From the human T2T-CHM13v2.0 reference genome, Homo sapiens, in the NCBI RefSeq assembly GCF_009914755.1, contig NC_060948.1: DNA of 64,000 bases; one strand, 5' to 3'. Within the stretch, counting starts at the first letter, position 1, and every line of letters begins with the position of its first letter. Under the pieces are notes generated by a model that did no database searches, was not told the origin of the DNA, and saw only the letters and a program-made list of their open reading frames with translations. This document shows, one piece after another, positions 1 to 14,500 of the stretch. Both the position numbers and the translations under genes were made by a program.

Positions 1-743
1 ACTATGAATTGATTTATAGAGTGCTAAAATATTTGTAAAATCGAGCAGATTCTTCTGTGTGCCTTTTTCTCCTGGTGATTTATTTAAATGGATTTCTAAG
101 GTGTTTTCCCGTCAGTATTGATTTGTTTTGGTGAGTACGATTTTATGTGCGCTATTTGTCTCTCTGTTTCTGAACTATAGCAACATTTTTGTGCATTCTC
201 TCTTACTCTCCACTGAATGATGAACCCTTGTGAACTTCCAATTGTTTTCTCTTCATTTCTTAATGTTTCTAAGAAGACCGACATATTATTTGTAAGTGAT
301 TTTAAAATTTGTCTCCTTTTCTATGTTTTTTCGTTGTCTTCAGAGTGTCTTCAGAGTGCATTCGTATTTTTGTTGAATTGGCTTTGCTAGAGAACACATG
401 ATGGCTTTAAGTATGAGTGAAGAGAGTAGACATTTTTTATTCCTGATTTCAAGGTAAAAACCTAAAGAGGTTCACCTGTAAATAAAATAAATTGTCTTTA
501 CAAAACCAGATACTCATTCCAAGAAGATCTCTCTATTCTAGTATACTTTTTTTCTAAACATACAATAGTATAGGTTCTCATACTGTGAGACTTCTTATTT
601 CTTTATACACAATATATTTGAAAAGTCATTGGTTTTTTAGTGATTACTAATGTACTGTTACATGGTTTTGAAAAGTGTTGGATTCAAAGTTTCCTTCATT
701 TAAGCCTCTTTTTTCTCCCTTCCCCATATAAAAAGTTGATGAT

Positions 744-1073
<330 letters not shown>

Positions 1074-1605
1074 TTAGAACTGGAAGGCAGCCTCTGAAAT
1101 TATCAAGAATGTCACAGCAGTTTGTGGAACACACCTGGGTGGGTAGACCCACTTTTTAGACACTCTCTAGCCCAAATCTGATCACAGTCATTCTTCCTCA
1201 CCTCTTAGGGTCTCCCTCACAGAAGGTGTTGGGGGCCTTGGACGAGATGTTGATGGGATGGGAATAAACAGGAGCAAATAATGTGCAGGCGAAGTTGGAG
1301 TTCCTGCTCAGTCTGGGAGGAGAATTGATTTATGAATTTCTTTCTTTCTCTCTTTGTATCTATCTCTTCTTTCTCTCTCTCTCTCTCTCTCCCCCCAGCC
1401 ACCTTCTGATCTCTAATCCATTCATGTGAGAGAAGAGTGATGTGAAAATGGTCAGCAATTTGCTTTTTCTGATGAGATCCTGGTGAGAGTCATGTTCAAT
1501 AAAGTATTTAGTCACGTGGGGCTCCAGTGATTTCTCTGTTTACAAGCTCATTCCTTCCTCATTTTCTCAGAACTTTGGTGTTAACAGCCTGTTTCCTATT
1601 TGTAG

Positions 1606-1650
1606 GGGCTGACTTTGACTTAGCAGATGCCTTTCGTGATGGAGGAAATA
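1606..1650 (+). pseudogene. CD99P1: CD99 exon-4-like exon, copy A (45 nt, phase 1-1)
   Basis: tttgtag|GGGCTGACTTTGACTTAGCAGATGCC...GGAAATA|gtgagt; reads GADFDLADAFRDGGN. Confidence 0.9.
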
Positions 1651-2294
1651 GTGAGTAGCTCTTTAAAGTCTCCTCTCTTGCTAACTTGCTTATTATCGCC
1701 CAATTATTATCATTTGCAAGAGACTTACCTCTTGAGAATGATCAATGGAACTTGTTTGCACAGTGGAAACCTAGGGAGTAAGTGTGTTGTTGTCTGTTTT
1801 TGATGTTGTTGGACTTTTGTTTGTTTTTTTTTTAACCAGTCCACTTGCTTTTGTTGAGAAACTCCTACAGTCTTTGGAATGATGTAAGGCAAATGTGACT
1901 CCCCTGGCCAGGTCAGCCTTCACGGGCATGCAGCTTGTGAAGTCACCCAGGGACCTGTGTTTACAAAAGCGCCATATTGGTTTACTGGTCTGTAGTTACC
2001 ATGTTGCTCTTCTTCATACAGTTGAGACGAGGGGTCCCACATTTTTGTTTTGCACGGGACCTTGCCAACTCTGTCACTGATCTAGACACCTGCTTTAGTT
2101 TAATTTGATATTAAGCAATGTAGCCGGAAGATGATGGAAGAAAGTTGGCAGGAGGCTGTGTGTACGGTTATCCCTGTCATGACAAGCAACAAGCTCCAAC
2201 TTTTACCTGGTCCGTCAGCCATCTCTATGCAAATTGATGTTTCATTTCTTTACTCCAAGACACTCATGATTGCAACTCTCATTGTCACAAACAG

Positions 2295-2363
2295 ACGACC
2301 CAGCACCTCTTAATTCACCCAAGCTGAAGCCAAATGCGAACCCTGAGCAGCCTGGATTCATTG
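2295..2363 (+). pseudogene. CD99P1: CD99 exon-5-like exon, copy A (69 nt, phase 1-1)
   Basis: aaacag|ACGACCCAGCACC...GGATTCATTG|gtaagt; reads DPAPLNSPKLKPNANPEQPGFI. Confidence 0.9.
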
Positions 2364-2945
2364 GTAAGTGCTTCTCACTCTATAGGTTGTCTGTATGTTG
2401 TCCACGGTAGAGTGGTATCCACATCAGATGGACGACAGGCTTTCAGATGAGCAGGTGCTTGCTATTGACTTTCTGTACAGTTACTCCAGTGGGCAGGGAG
2501 TGAAATACAGTTTTCTGAAATAGATATTTGACTTGCGTTCTATTTTTAGTTTGCTGATTTTACTTCCAAGATTGTATGGAACTTCTAAAACACTGAGCAC
2601 AAGATTTTCTTATGAACTTGGTATAGAGAAAATGGCCTGTGCATTCCCTGTAGAGAAACTTGGGTGTTTTTGATGTTTTTGCCCTTGAATATTTGTATCA
2701 GCTATTTTGACACATGACAGCATTCTCAGGTAATCTGACTAGCAACTGTTTTTTGAACTGAATTGTTGTGAAACATTCAGGTTTTTAGTTCTTTTTTGTT
2801 TTTAATTTTTAACACAGAAACATAAATAATGTTCATATCCTCTTGGCATTGTGATGGTTATTTGCGCTTATATTTTATATATCAGTTTAAATGAAGCAAA
2901 CGTTAAGTAATAAAGCCAGTCTTTTGTTCATACTGCATTGTAACA

Positions 2946-3265
2946 TTATTATTATTATTTTTATTATTATTATTATTTGAGATGGAGTCTCGCTGTGTTG
3001 CCCAGGCAGGAGTGCAGTAGCGTGATCTCGGCTCACGGCAACCTCTGCCTCCTGGGTTCAAGCAATTCTCCTGCCTCAGCTCCTGAGTAGCTGGGATTAC
3101 AGGCATGCACCACCATGCCCGGCTAATTTTTTTGTGTGTATTTTTAGTAGAGACAGGGTTTCACCATGCTGGTCAAGCTGGTCTCGAACTCCTGACCTTA
3201 GGTGATCTGCCCACCTCGGCCTCCCAAAGTGCTGGGATTACAGGCATGAGCCACTGAGCCTGGCC
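2946..3265 (-). mobile_element. Alu (AluS)
   Basis: Reverse Alu consensus with a (TTA)n tail. Confidence 0.92.
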
Positions 3266-4757
3266 TATTTTATACTTATTAATAGTCACTGAACATTTGC
3301 TCATGTCATTTTATCATTTATATCATATGACATTTACTGTCAATTATATTCTATATAAATATATAATACATTAATTTATTTAATCCCTAATGTTTAAAAT
3401 ATTGTGTCTTCTGACTTTTTAGAATTATGAATTACAAAGCAAATTTGAGTCAACTTCATCTACTTTTTTTTTTTTTATTATTCCTTTGAAGAGATTTCTG
3501 GCATTCAAATTGTCTAGATGAATGTATATGAGTCCTTTTATAGTATTTGACCTGGTTCGTCATTTGCCCCAGAATCGTCCCAGTTTATTTTGATGATGGT
3601 GTGTGCAGATGTCTGTCTTCACACCATCTCTATACTGGTTATCACCTGCAAAACCTTTGTCACATAGTGTAAGGATTATATCAAACTTGTCTTAGTTTCG
3701 CATCTCTAATTCTGAAATTTAAAAAAAAATAGTGCATTCCAGTTGGCCATGGTTACTTCTTTTGTGTATTGGATGTTATCCCCTTTATTCTTAAATTCTC
3801 ATATGTACCTACTGATTTATAAGTCTTCTTCAGTTATTTATGGATATTAAAGATTATCAGCCACTTACTATGAAAATGTTTTTGCTATTTATTTTTGCCT
3901 TTTAATATTTTTAACAGGAATGTTTCATAAGCAAGACCTATTTTTTTATGGTGTCTTATGTTTGTGTTGGTTTTCTGGTTTTGTGACTTTTATTTTAATG
4001 GAGAATAATTTTGCCATTGTGTCTCCTGCTTGGGAGAAGTAAAACTGTCTTTTTAATTTCATTTGAATTGTCTTCAAACATAAGTTGATCAAAGAAGTTG
4101 TGAAACATTTTCAAAGTTGAGCTTTTTCCTTGAGATTTGATGCATCTGTTTCTCCTGATGATTTTTGTCAATGGATTTCTCAATTGTTTTTTGTTTTTGT
4201 TTTTGTTTTTTGTTTCTCTGAATCTATTTCTAAGTCCACTATTTTTCTGTTTATCTCTATACTATAATATACAAAGGATTTTGTGTATTTTTCTTTACGA
4301 TCCACAAATTGTTTGCAAATTATTTTTTTTTAATTTCCCCTTTTCTATATTTGTACATTTTGTTTACAGTTTATTTGTAATTTGGTTGTACTGTCTTTGC
4401 TAGATAAACCCAGGACAGCTTTTCATATGTAGAATTGTAAATACAGTAAACAGCTTTTATTTCAGGCTTTAGGGCAAAAACCCAGAGAGATTCACCTTTA
4501 AATAAAGTAAATCACTTCAAAAAGCCTCTTTCTACTCCAGTATACTTTTTTTTCCCTAAACGTATAATAGTATAGTTTCTCATACCATGAAATTTCTTAT
4601 TTATATATAATATATTTGACTAATTATTTGATTTTTATTGATTACTCATGTACTCTTACATAGTTTTGTAAAAATGTTGGATTTGATGTAGCCCCTCATG
4701 TTTCTTTTATTTAAGTCTCCTTGTTATCCCCTTTCAATATAAAAATTTCCCCAACCT

Positions 4758-5087
<330 letters not shown>

Positions 5088-5557
5088 TTAAAACTAGAAG
5101 GCAAACTCTGAAACCATGGTGAGTTTTCACGTCAGTTTGTCCAGCATAAATGGGTTGGCAGAGTCACTATTTAGACACCCTCTAACCCCTCTTAGGGCCT
5201 CCCTGGTGGAAGGTGTTGGTTACCTGGGGGGAGATGATATTTGGACAGGAAATCAACAGGAGAGAACCATGTGCAGGTTAGAGTTGGAATTCCAACTCTG
5301 TCCAGGCAGCACAATTGATTTATAAATTATTTTATTTCTCTCTCTCTGGCTCTCATCTTTTGTTCTTTTCATCAGAAGGGAGAGTGATGTGAAAATGATC
5401 AGGAATTCACTTTTTCTATTGAGATTCTGGTTAGAGGGATATCCAGAAAAGTATTTAGGAACGTGGGGTTATGGTGTTTTCTGCATCTGTTTACGAGATC
5501 ATTTCTTCCTCATTTCTCTCAGAACTTTGGTGTTAACAGCCTGTTTCCCTCCTTTAG

Positions 5558-5602
5558 GGGATGACTTTGACTTAGCAGATGCCTTACATGACAAAGGAAA
5601 CT
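5558..5602 (+). pseudogene. CD99P1: CD99 exon-4-like exon, copy B (45 nt)
   Basis: cctttag|GGGATGACTTTGACTTAGCAGATGCC...GGAAACT|gtgagt; reads GDDFDLADALHDKGN. Confidence 0.9.
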
Positions 5603-6252
5603 GTGAGTAACTCCTTAAACTCTCCACTGTGGCTGACTTGCTTATTATCACCAAATTATTATTGTTTCCAAAAAACGTATCTCTTGTGAATGATCAATGA
5701 AACCTGTTTGCACAGTGGAAAGTTAGGGAGTAGGTGTGTTGTTGTTTGTTTTGGATATTGTTGGACTTTGTTTTTGTTTTTACCAGTATGCATAGTTTTA
5801 TTTTAAAACTCTCACAGTCTTTGGAATGACGTAAGGCAAATCTGACTCCCCTGGCCAAGTTAGGCTTCATGAGTGTGTGACTTGTTCGATCACCCAGGGA
5901 CCCATGCTTACAAGGGTGCCATATTGGTTTATGAGTCTTTAGTTGTCATCTTGAAATTCTTAATATTCAGTTGAGCAAGGATTTCTGCATTTTCATTTTA
6001 CACAGTACCTTGCCAATTCTGTAGCTGATCTGAAAAGCTGCCTGATAGGTTTTATTGAAAATGCTTTATCAGTACTGTAGCTGGAAGATGTTGGAAGGAT
6101 ATTGGCAGGAGGCTGTGTGTATGGGTATCCCCACCATGACAAAGAACAAGGTCCAATTTTTATATGTTTAGTGAACGTCTGCATGCAAATTGATGTTTCA
6201 TTTTCTTCACTTCAAGGCACTCATAATCTCAACTCTCATCTTTTACAAACAG

Positions 6253-6321
6253 ACGAGCCAGCACCACTGAACCCACCCAAACCAAAGCCAAATCCAAACC
6301 CCAAGCAGCCTGATTCCACCG
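6253..6321 (+). pseudogene. CD99P1: CD99 exon-5-like exon, copy B (69 nt)
   Basis: aaacag|ACGAGCCAGCACC...GATTCCACCG|gtaaga; reads EPAPLNPPKPKPNPNPKQPDST. Confidence 0.9.
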
Positions 6322-7279
6322 GTAAGAGCCTCTAACCCTATGGGTCATCTGTATGTTGTTTACAGGACAGTGATATCCATGTCAGCTGGGAGATTTCACA
6401 TGAAACCTGTGCTCACTCTTCACTCCTTGTACAAGGAAATTCCAAAACCTAGTTTTCAACTATATAATTTTGATTTGGATTATATTTTTAGCGTCCTGAT
6501 TTTACTTCTAAGATTTTAAGATTTAAGTCATAAATCTTAAATAGAATCTTAAATTCTGAGCTTTTTGGATTCCACCTCTAAAAAGTTGAATACGAGGTTT
6601 TAAATACAGACATGATATGAAGGAAGGGATAGTTGCATTCCCAGTGGAGAGGTGAGTGCTTTTCAAATAGTTAGATCGTTAGTGATTTTTTTTTGTTTAC
6701 ATGCTTGTTTAACTTGTAACACAGAAAAATATAACTAGTGTCCAAATCCTGTTGACAGTTTGATAGTTATGTGCTAGTAACGTTATTTTTGGCATATTCA
6801 TATTTCTTGATGATTTTCTTATGTCATTTAAGTCTTTCTAACATGACTTTTACTGTCCATTTTATGTCCTTATTTATTTCCCACATAATTATATACTTCA
6901 ATATTTAATTTTGACAATGTTATGTTTCTTCTAACATTTTAGAATTATGGATTTCAAAGTCAATTTGAATCAACTTTATGCACTTGTTTTTATTCCTTCG
7001 AATCAATTTCTAGAATGCAAATTGTTCAGATCAATGTGTATGAGTACCTCTGTAGTTTTGACCTGGTTCTGAAATTGGCCCAGAATTATATGAATTTATT
7101 TTGATGCCAGGGATATGTGCAAATGTCCCTTTCTTCCCACCATCGTTACTGCTGCTGATCACCTAGAAAACCTTTGTCATGTACTATCACATGTAACATT
7201 AATCTTTGCCTAGTTTCAGTTCTTTAGTTCTGCAATTTAAAAAAAAATAGTAAATAGTACATCAATTTGCCACGTATAC

Positions 7280-7599
7280 TTCTTTTTTTTTCTTTTTTTT
7301 TTTTTTGAGATACAGTCTCGCTCTGTCGCCAGGCTGGAGTGCAGGAGCACCATCTCAGCTCACTGCAACCTCTGCCTCCCGGGTTCAAGCAATTCTACTG
7401 CCTCAGCTCCCAAGTAGCTGGGACTGCAGGTGCATGCCACCATGCCCGGCTAATTTTTTTGTTTGTTTGTTTGTATTTTAGTAGAGATGGGGTTTCACCA
7501 TGTTACCCAGGCTGGTCTCCAACTCCTGAGCTCAGGCAGTCCACCCGCCTCGGCCTCCCAAAGTGCTAGGATTACAGGCATGAGCCACTGCGCCCAGCC
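7280..7599 (-). mobile_element. Alu (AluS)
   Basis: Reverse Alu, TSD tacttctt. Confidence 0.92.
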
Positions 7600-7838
7600 T
7601 ACTTCTTCTATATGTATTGATTACTTTGCCTTTATTCTTATCTTCCGATATGTCTGTATTGTTTTATAAACGTTCCTCATTTTTTTATAGACATTAAATA
7701 TTGCCAACCATTTACTATGAAAATGCTTTTTCATCTTATTTTTGCCATTGAATAGTTTAACAGTATTTTTTGACAGGCAAGTCTTCAAATTTTTATTCAT
7801 GGTGTCTTATATTTGTCGGAGCTTTCTGATTTTGGTGA

Positions 7839-8133
<295 letters not shown>

Positions 8134-9469
8134 GACGTTTTTTCCTTTGAACTTCAGAACCAACATGCCTGCAAAATTGAGATTTTTCTTGATATTCGAT
8201 GTACCTCTTTCCCTGATGATTTCTTTTAATGCATTCCTAGTTTTTTCTTTTTTTTCATTTTTCTGGATATATTTTTATGCCCACTATCTTTCTGTTTATT
8301 TTTGTTACATAGAAAGGATTTAATATATTTTTCCTTACTATATCCTGAACTATGATCCCTTATTAAATTTCTATTTTTTTCTCATTTCTTATCTTTCTAA
8401 GAAGACAATCATATTATTTGCACATGATTTTTAAATATTTTTCAATTTTCTATCTTTATATGTTCTCTTTACATTTTATTTGTATTTTTGTTGTATTACC
8501 TTTGATAGTAAACCCAGGACAGGTTTAAATATGAGTGAAGAGAGCAGATATTTTAAATTCCTGACTTTAAAGCAAAAACCCAAAGATACTCACCTTTAAA
8601 TAAAATAAATTGCTTTTTTAAAAAATGTAGTCATTTCAGGAAGGGTCATTCTATTCTGGTATACATTTTTCCCCAAATATATAATATTATTGGTTTTCAT
8701 ACCATGAGGTTTCTTATTTCTTTATATATATATATATATATTTGGATAATCATCTGGTTTTTATTGATTACTCATTAAAACCATGTAAGTTATTGATTAC
8801 TCATTGAAACCATGTAAGTATATTCTTACATGGTTTTGGAAAAATGTCGGATTTGATGTAGCCCCTCATGTTTCTTTTATTTAAGCCTCCTTATTATCCC
8901 CTTTCAGTGTAAAAATTTCTCCAGCCTTAGTCAGGATTTGAAAAGCTTAAAACTAGAAGGCAACCTCTGAAACCACGGTGAATTTTCACGTCAGTTTGTC
9001 CAGTACGTCTGGGTTGATAGAGCCACCTTTTAGACACCCTCTAGCCCAAATCTGATCATAGTCATGTGTCCCCACCTTTTAGGGCCTCCGTGGCGGAAGG
9101 TGTTGGTTACCTGAAGGGAGATGGTGATGGGATGGGAAATCAACAGGAGGGAATCCTGTGTTGGCAGAGTTAGAGTTCCAACTTCGTCCAGCCAGCACAG
9201 TTCATTTATAAATTACTTTGTTTCTCTCTCTCTCTCTCCCTCTCTTTCCACCCCTGACTCTTGCTCTCATCTTTTACTCTTTGTGTCTGAGAGAAGAGTG
9301 ATGTGAAAATGATCAGGAATTCACTTTTTCTTATGAGGTCCTGGTCACAGTGATACTTAGAAAACACTTAAGAACTTAGGCCTGTGGTGTTTTCTCCATC
9401 TGCTTCCAGGTCATTTCTTCCTCATTTCTCTCAGAACTTTGGTGTTAACAGCCTGTTTCCCTTCTTTAG

Positions 9470-9515
9470 GGGATGACTTTGATTTCACAGATGTTTCTTC
9501 ATGGTGAACGAAACA
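9470..9515 (+). pseudogene. CD99P1: CD99 exon-4-like exon, copy C (46 nt, +1 frameshift, TGA at 9505-9507)
   Basis: ctttag|GGGATGACTTTGATTTCACAGATG...AAACA|gtgagt; reads GDDFDFTDVSSW*. Confidence 0.85.
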
Positions 9516-9574
9516 GTGAGTAACTCTTTAAAGTCTCCTCTGTTGCCGAATTGCTTATAGTTTGTTTGTGTTTT

Positions 9575-10730
9575 TGGAGTGCTGTAGGAAGAGCAGTGAT
9601 GAAGGTTTGAGGCTTCTAGATGCTTCCATATTAGTTGCCTGGGGCTCAGGCAGGGGCACACATGTGGACCCCTGGGGGGACATGACAGTTGAGCTAACAG
9701 CTGAGGAATGAGGATGACTTATATCCCAAGGAGTGGGTCAAAGGGTGTTTTGTGTAGCAAGTGTGGCATGTGCAAAGGGCCTGTGGTCAATGGAACTGAG
9801 GGTGCCTGTGGGGCTCAGTGAGGGGGAAAAGAGGAAGTCAGGCATGGCATGGGATGGAGGGGAACAGAGTGAGGCTACAGTCAGTGCCCAGTCTTGAAAA
9901 TGTCCCTTCGAGTGTCCCTAGGGGCCATCCTTGTTTTCAGTGCTTATTACCCCTGCTCCCCTCTGCTTGCTCCCAGAGAGCTGTCTCCTGCCTCCCAGCT
10001 CTGCGTCTCAGATCCTGGCTCTGATCCCACGCTGCTGTTGCTTACACTCATGTACCCATTGCTAATGTCATCATTCCCTTCGGCAGCTAAGTGCAAAGTT
10101 AATTTCCCATTTGAAAAGCAGTCTGTACTAATAACAATCAACTGGGAGACCCAAAAGAGTGCAGTTAAAGAGAAAAAAAAAAATCAAACTTTCCCTCAAA
10201 AGAAACCAGTGATACCATTTGGGTCCACCTCCCTGAGGTTTGAAAGCCTCTCCGTTAGTGTTAGTTGCTTTTAGGCCTCTTCTTGCTGCATTAGCAAGGT
10301 GTATCTTTCTCTTTATATGCAGACAGTGCCCTCTTCTGGTGGGAGGCTCTCAGTGTCTGTCTACAAATCCATGACCCAAGAGGTAGAGGGGTCCCAACGG
10401 TCCCACTTAACTTCTGCCAAAGTGGTGCCCTTGGGAATCCCCAACTTCCTGTGCCCACCTGTTCTAGCTACTTGGTTCACTTTGACCCAGCTCTTCAGGG
10501 GTGATACCCTCCCTCATCAGGCTCCCAGATCCCATCAGGTGTTGAAACCCCATGTGATAGGTGAAATACTGGTCCCCAGAGATGCCCACATCCTAACCCC
10601 TTGATCATGTAAATGTGTGACCTTATGCAACACATGGGACTTTGCAAATGGGATTACATTAAGGATCTTGACATGGGACGATTATTTAGGATGAGCTGTG
10701 TAATTACAGTGGAATCACAGGTTCCTTAGA
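9575..10730 (+). repeat. Inverted segmental duplication, left arm
   Basis: Reverse-complement match to 27545-29490, e.g. 'tctcagatcctggctctgatcccacgctgctgttgctt' (~10006) vs 'aagcaacagcagcgtgggatcagagccaggatctgaga' (~28697). Confidence 0.9.
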
Positions 10731-11329
10731 GAGGCCTGCATCAGAGGATGAAGGAGTTGTTCACATGTGGAAAGAGACAGAAATAAAAGTGGAGAGGACC
10801 ATTGAAAAAAAAAGTCATTGAAAGACTTTGGCACCCAGGTTGCCATGGCTGCCCCCAGCCCTTCAAATTCTCCTAAAGCCCCAAATGATCTTTCCCTGGA
10901 AGATGCACCAGCCCATTGGATAGCTTAGATGCAGCTGTTGGAGGGTGGATCTAGCCTGTGAGGACCCAGTAACCTGGACCCAATACATGACAACAAGGAT
11001 TGAATGAGTGGTCGTTTACTGCTGAGTAATTGCTGGTTTTCCTGGCTACCTGGGCCCTGGGTCACATGGATGAGAGGGCTGGAAAAAATGATTATCAGCA
11101 CAGAGTCCCAGAATCTCTGTGACTTCTGGTCACAGATATTTTGAGTGTATGTGTAGAAAAAAGCAGTTGTTCCTACACATTCAGTGTCAGAAGTGAAGGA
11201 TGAGAGGGGAGAGGGGTGTGCATGTCAAAGGAAAAAACAGCTTTTCCCCCCTGTACGTGAGGTCACAGCAAATTTGCAAGATTCAGTGCATGGTGAGAGA
11301 AGCAGGCAGCCGCTGACATCCAGGGGCTG

Positions 11330-11575
11330 GCCTGGCTCCCGCTACCTGGCTTGGGGTTTCCTGTTGGACCTAAGAAATGTCACAGACAGGACATTTTTAA
11401 AGTCAATAAGAAATGTCAGACAAGAGCACTGTGATGAAGTCAAGAGACCGTGGGTTGTGCTTTGGCTGGTTCTTGATTTATTTCTGCTCAAGGCAATCAG
11501 TATGCCAAGGTGGCATATTTCAGAGTGTCACGTAATGATCTACATTCTTATTCAGGGTGGGGTGTCCTGTACCCC
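11330..11575 (-). mobile_element. Probable ERV1-class LTR fragment abutting the minisatellite
   Basis: 'aatcagtatgccaaggtggcatattt' resembles a MER4-group LTR terminus; family not determined. Confidence 0.4.
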
Positions 11576-11579
11576 ATCA

Positions 11580-14500
11580 ACTGGAAGGTTGTAGCACTTC
11601 CTGCTTTCTAGACATGGTAAATGAACTCCCTGGGTCACTGGGAAAGTTGTAGCACTTCCTGCTTCCTGGAGATGGTAAATAAACTTTCTGTGTCACATGG
11701 GAGGTTGTAGCACTTCCTGCTGCCCAGAGATGGTCAATGAACTTCCTGAGTCACTGGGAAGGTTGTAGTACTTCCTGCTTCCTGGAGATGGTAAATAAAC
11801 GTCCTGGGTCACTGAGGAGGTTGTAGCACTTCCTGCTTTCCTAGAGATGGTCAGTGAACATCCTGGGTCACTGGGGAGGTTGTAGCACTTCCTGCTTCCT
11901 AGAGATGGTCAATGAACTTCCTGGAGATGTTAAATAAACTTCCTGGGTCACTAGCGAAGTTTGTAGCACTTCCTGTTTCCTGGGGATGGTAAGAGAACTT
12001 CCTGGGTCACTGGGGAGGTTGTAGCACTTCCTGCTTCCTAGACATGATAAATGAACTTCCTGGGTCATTGGAAGGTTGCAGCACTTTCTAGTTTAGAGGG
12101 ACATTATAACACTTCCTGGTTTATCTGGAGATTGTAATGCTTTCTGATTCATAGGGACATTGTAAAACTTTCTGGCTCACATTGTTACATTTCCTGGTTC
12201 AAATGGATAATAGTAGCACTTCCTGGTTCACAGGGACATTGTGACACTTCCTGGTTCTTATGGGTAATTGTAGCATTTCCTGGTTCACAGGGACATTGCA
12301 ACGCTTTTTGGTTCATACACATAATTGTTAGCACTTCCTGATTCCCAGGGACATTGCAACACTTCCTGGTTCATAGGGATAATTGTAGCACTTCCTGTTT
12401 CATAGGGACATTGTAATACTTTCTGGTTCATACGAATAACTCTAGTACTTCCTGGTTCATATAGATAATAGTAGCAATTCCTGGTTCACATGGACATTGC
12501 AACACTTCCTGTTTCACAGAGACATTGCAACACTTCCTGGTTCATTCTGATAATTGTATAACTTCCTGGTTTGCAGGGACATTGTAACACTTTCTGGTTC
12601 ATATGGATAATAGCACTTCCTGGTTCATAGGGACATAGTAACATTTCCGGGTTCATACATACGGATAATTGTAGCACTTCCTGGTTCATACGGATAATTG
12701 TAGCACTTCCTGGTTTGCAGGGACATTGCAATACTTCCTGGTTCATATGGATAATTGTAGCACTTCTTAGTTTTTAGGATCATTGTGACACTTCCTGGTT
12801 CATAGTGACACTGCCACACTTTCTGGTTCATATGGATAATTGTAGAACTTCCTGGTTCATAAAGACATTTGGAACCGTCTGGTTCATAGGGATAATTGTA
12901 GCACTTCCTGGTTCGTAGGGACATTGCCACACTTCCTGGTTCATCTGGATAATTGTAGCACTTCCTGGTTCATAGGGAAATTGTGACACTTTCTGGTTCA
13001 TAGTGACATTGCCACACTTCCTGGTCCATGTGGATAATAGTAGCACTTCCTGGTTCGTAGGGACCTTACCACACTTCCTGGTTCATCCAGATAATTGTAG
13101 CACTTCCTGGTTCATAGGGATATTGCCACACTTTCTGGTTCATATGGATAATTGTAGCACTTCCTGGTTCATATGGATAATAGTAGCACTTCCTGGTTCA
13201 CAGGTACATTACAACACTTCCTGGTTCATTCAGATAATTGTAAAACTTCCTAGTTTGCAGGGACATTGTAACACTTTCTGGTTCATATGGATAATTGTAG
13301 CACTTCCTGGTTCATAGGGAAATTGTGACACTTTCTGGTTTATAGTGACATTGCCACACTTCCCGGTCCGTGTGGATAATAGCACTTCCTGGTTCGTAGG
13401 GACATTGCCACACTTCCTGGTTCATCCAGATAATTGTAGCACTTCCTGGTTCATCGGTAAATTGTGACACTTTCTGGTTCATAGTGATATTGCCACACTT
13501 CCTGGTTCATAGTGACATTGCCACACTTCCTGGTCCATGTGGATAATAGTAGCACTTCCTGGTTCATAGGGACATTGCCACACTTCCTGGTTCATCCAGA
13601 TAATTGTAGCACTTCCTGGTTCATAGGGATAGTGCCACACTTCCTGGTTCATAAGGATAATAGCACTTCCTGGTTCACAGGTACATTACAACACTTCCTG
13701 GTTCATTCAGATAATTGTAGAACTTCCTAGTTTGCAGGGACATTGTAACACTTTCTGGTTCATATGGATAATTGTAGCACTTCCTGGTTCATAGGGAAAT
13801 TGTGACACTTTCTGGTTCATAGTGACATTGCCACACTTCCTGGTCCGTGTGGATAATAGCACTTCCTGGTTCATAGGGACATTGCCACACTTCCTGGTTC
13901 ATCCAGATAATTGTAGCACTTCCTGGTTCATAGGGATATTGCCACACTTTCTGGGTCATATGGATAATTGTAGCACTTCCTGGTTCATATGGAAAATAGC
14001 ACTTCCTGGTTCACAGGGACATTACAACACTTCCTGGTTCATTCAGATAATTGTAGAACTTCCTAATTTGCAGGGACATTGTAACACTTTCTGGTTCATG
14101 TGGAGAATTGTAGCACTTCCTGGTTCATAGGGAAATTGTGACACTTTCTGGTTCATAGTGACATTGCCACACTTCCCGGTCCATGTGGATAATAGTAGCA
14201 CTTCCTGGTTCATAGGGACATTGCCACACTTCCTGGTTCATCCAGATAATTGTAGCACTTCCTGGTTCATAGGGATATTGCCACGCTTTCTGGTTCATAT
14301 CGATAATTGTAGCACTTCCTGGTTCATATGGATAATAGTAGCACTTCCTGGTTCACAGGTACATTACAACACTTCCTGGTTCATTCAGATAATTGTAGAA
14401 CTTCCTAGTTTGCAGGGACATTGTAACACTTTCTGGTTCATATGGATAATTGTAGCACTTCCTGGTTCATAGGGAAATTTTGACACTTTCTGGTTCATAG

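Noticed and set aside
1560-1605. Conserved upstream 'ttctcag|aac' alternative acceptor in all three units (1570, 5522, 9434)
   Set aside because: Would add 35 nt and shift frame; conservation is explained by paralogy and usage cannot be shown from sequence.
2227-2234. Octamer ATGCAAAT in both exon-5-like introns (also 6183-6190)
   Set aside because: Single short motif inherited through duplication; no other support.
8762-8819. 29-bp two-copy tandem duplication
   Set aside because: Real but trivial local slippage, present in one duplication unit only.
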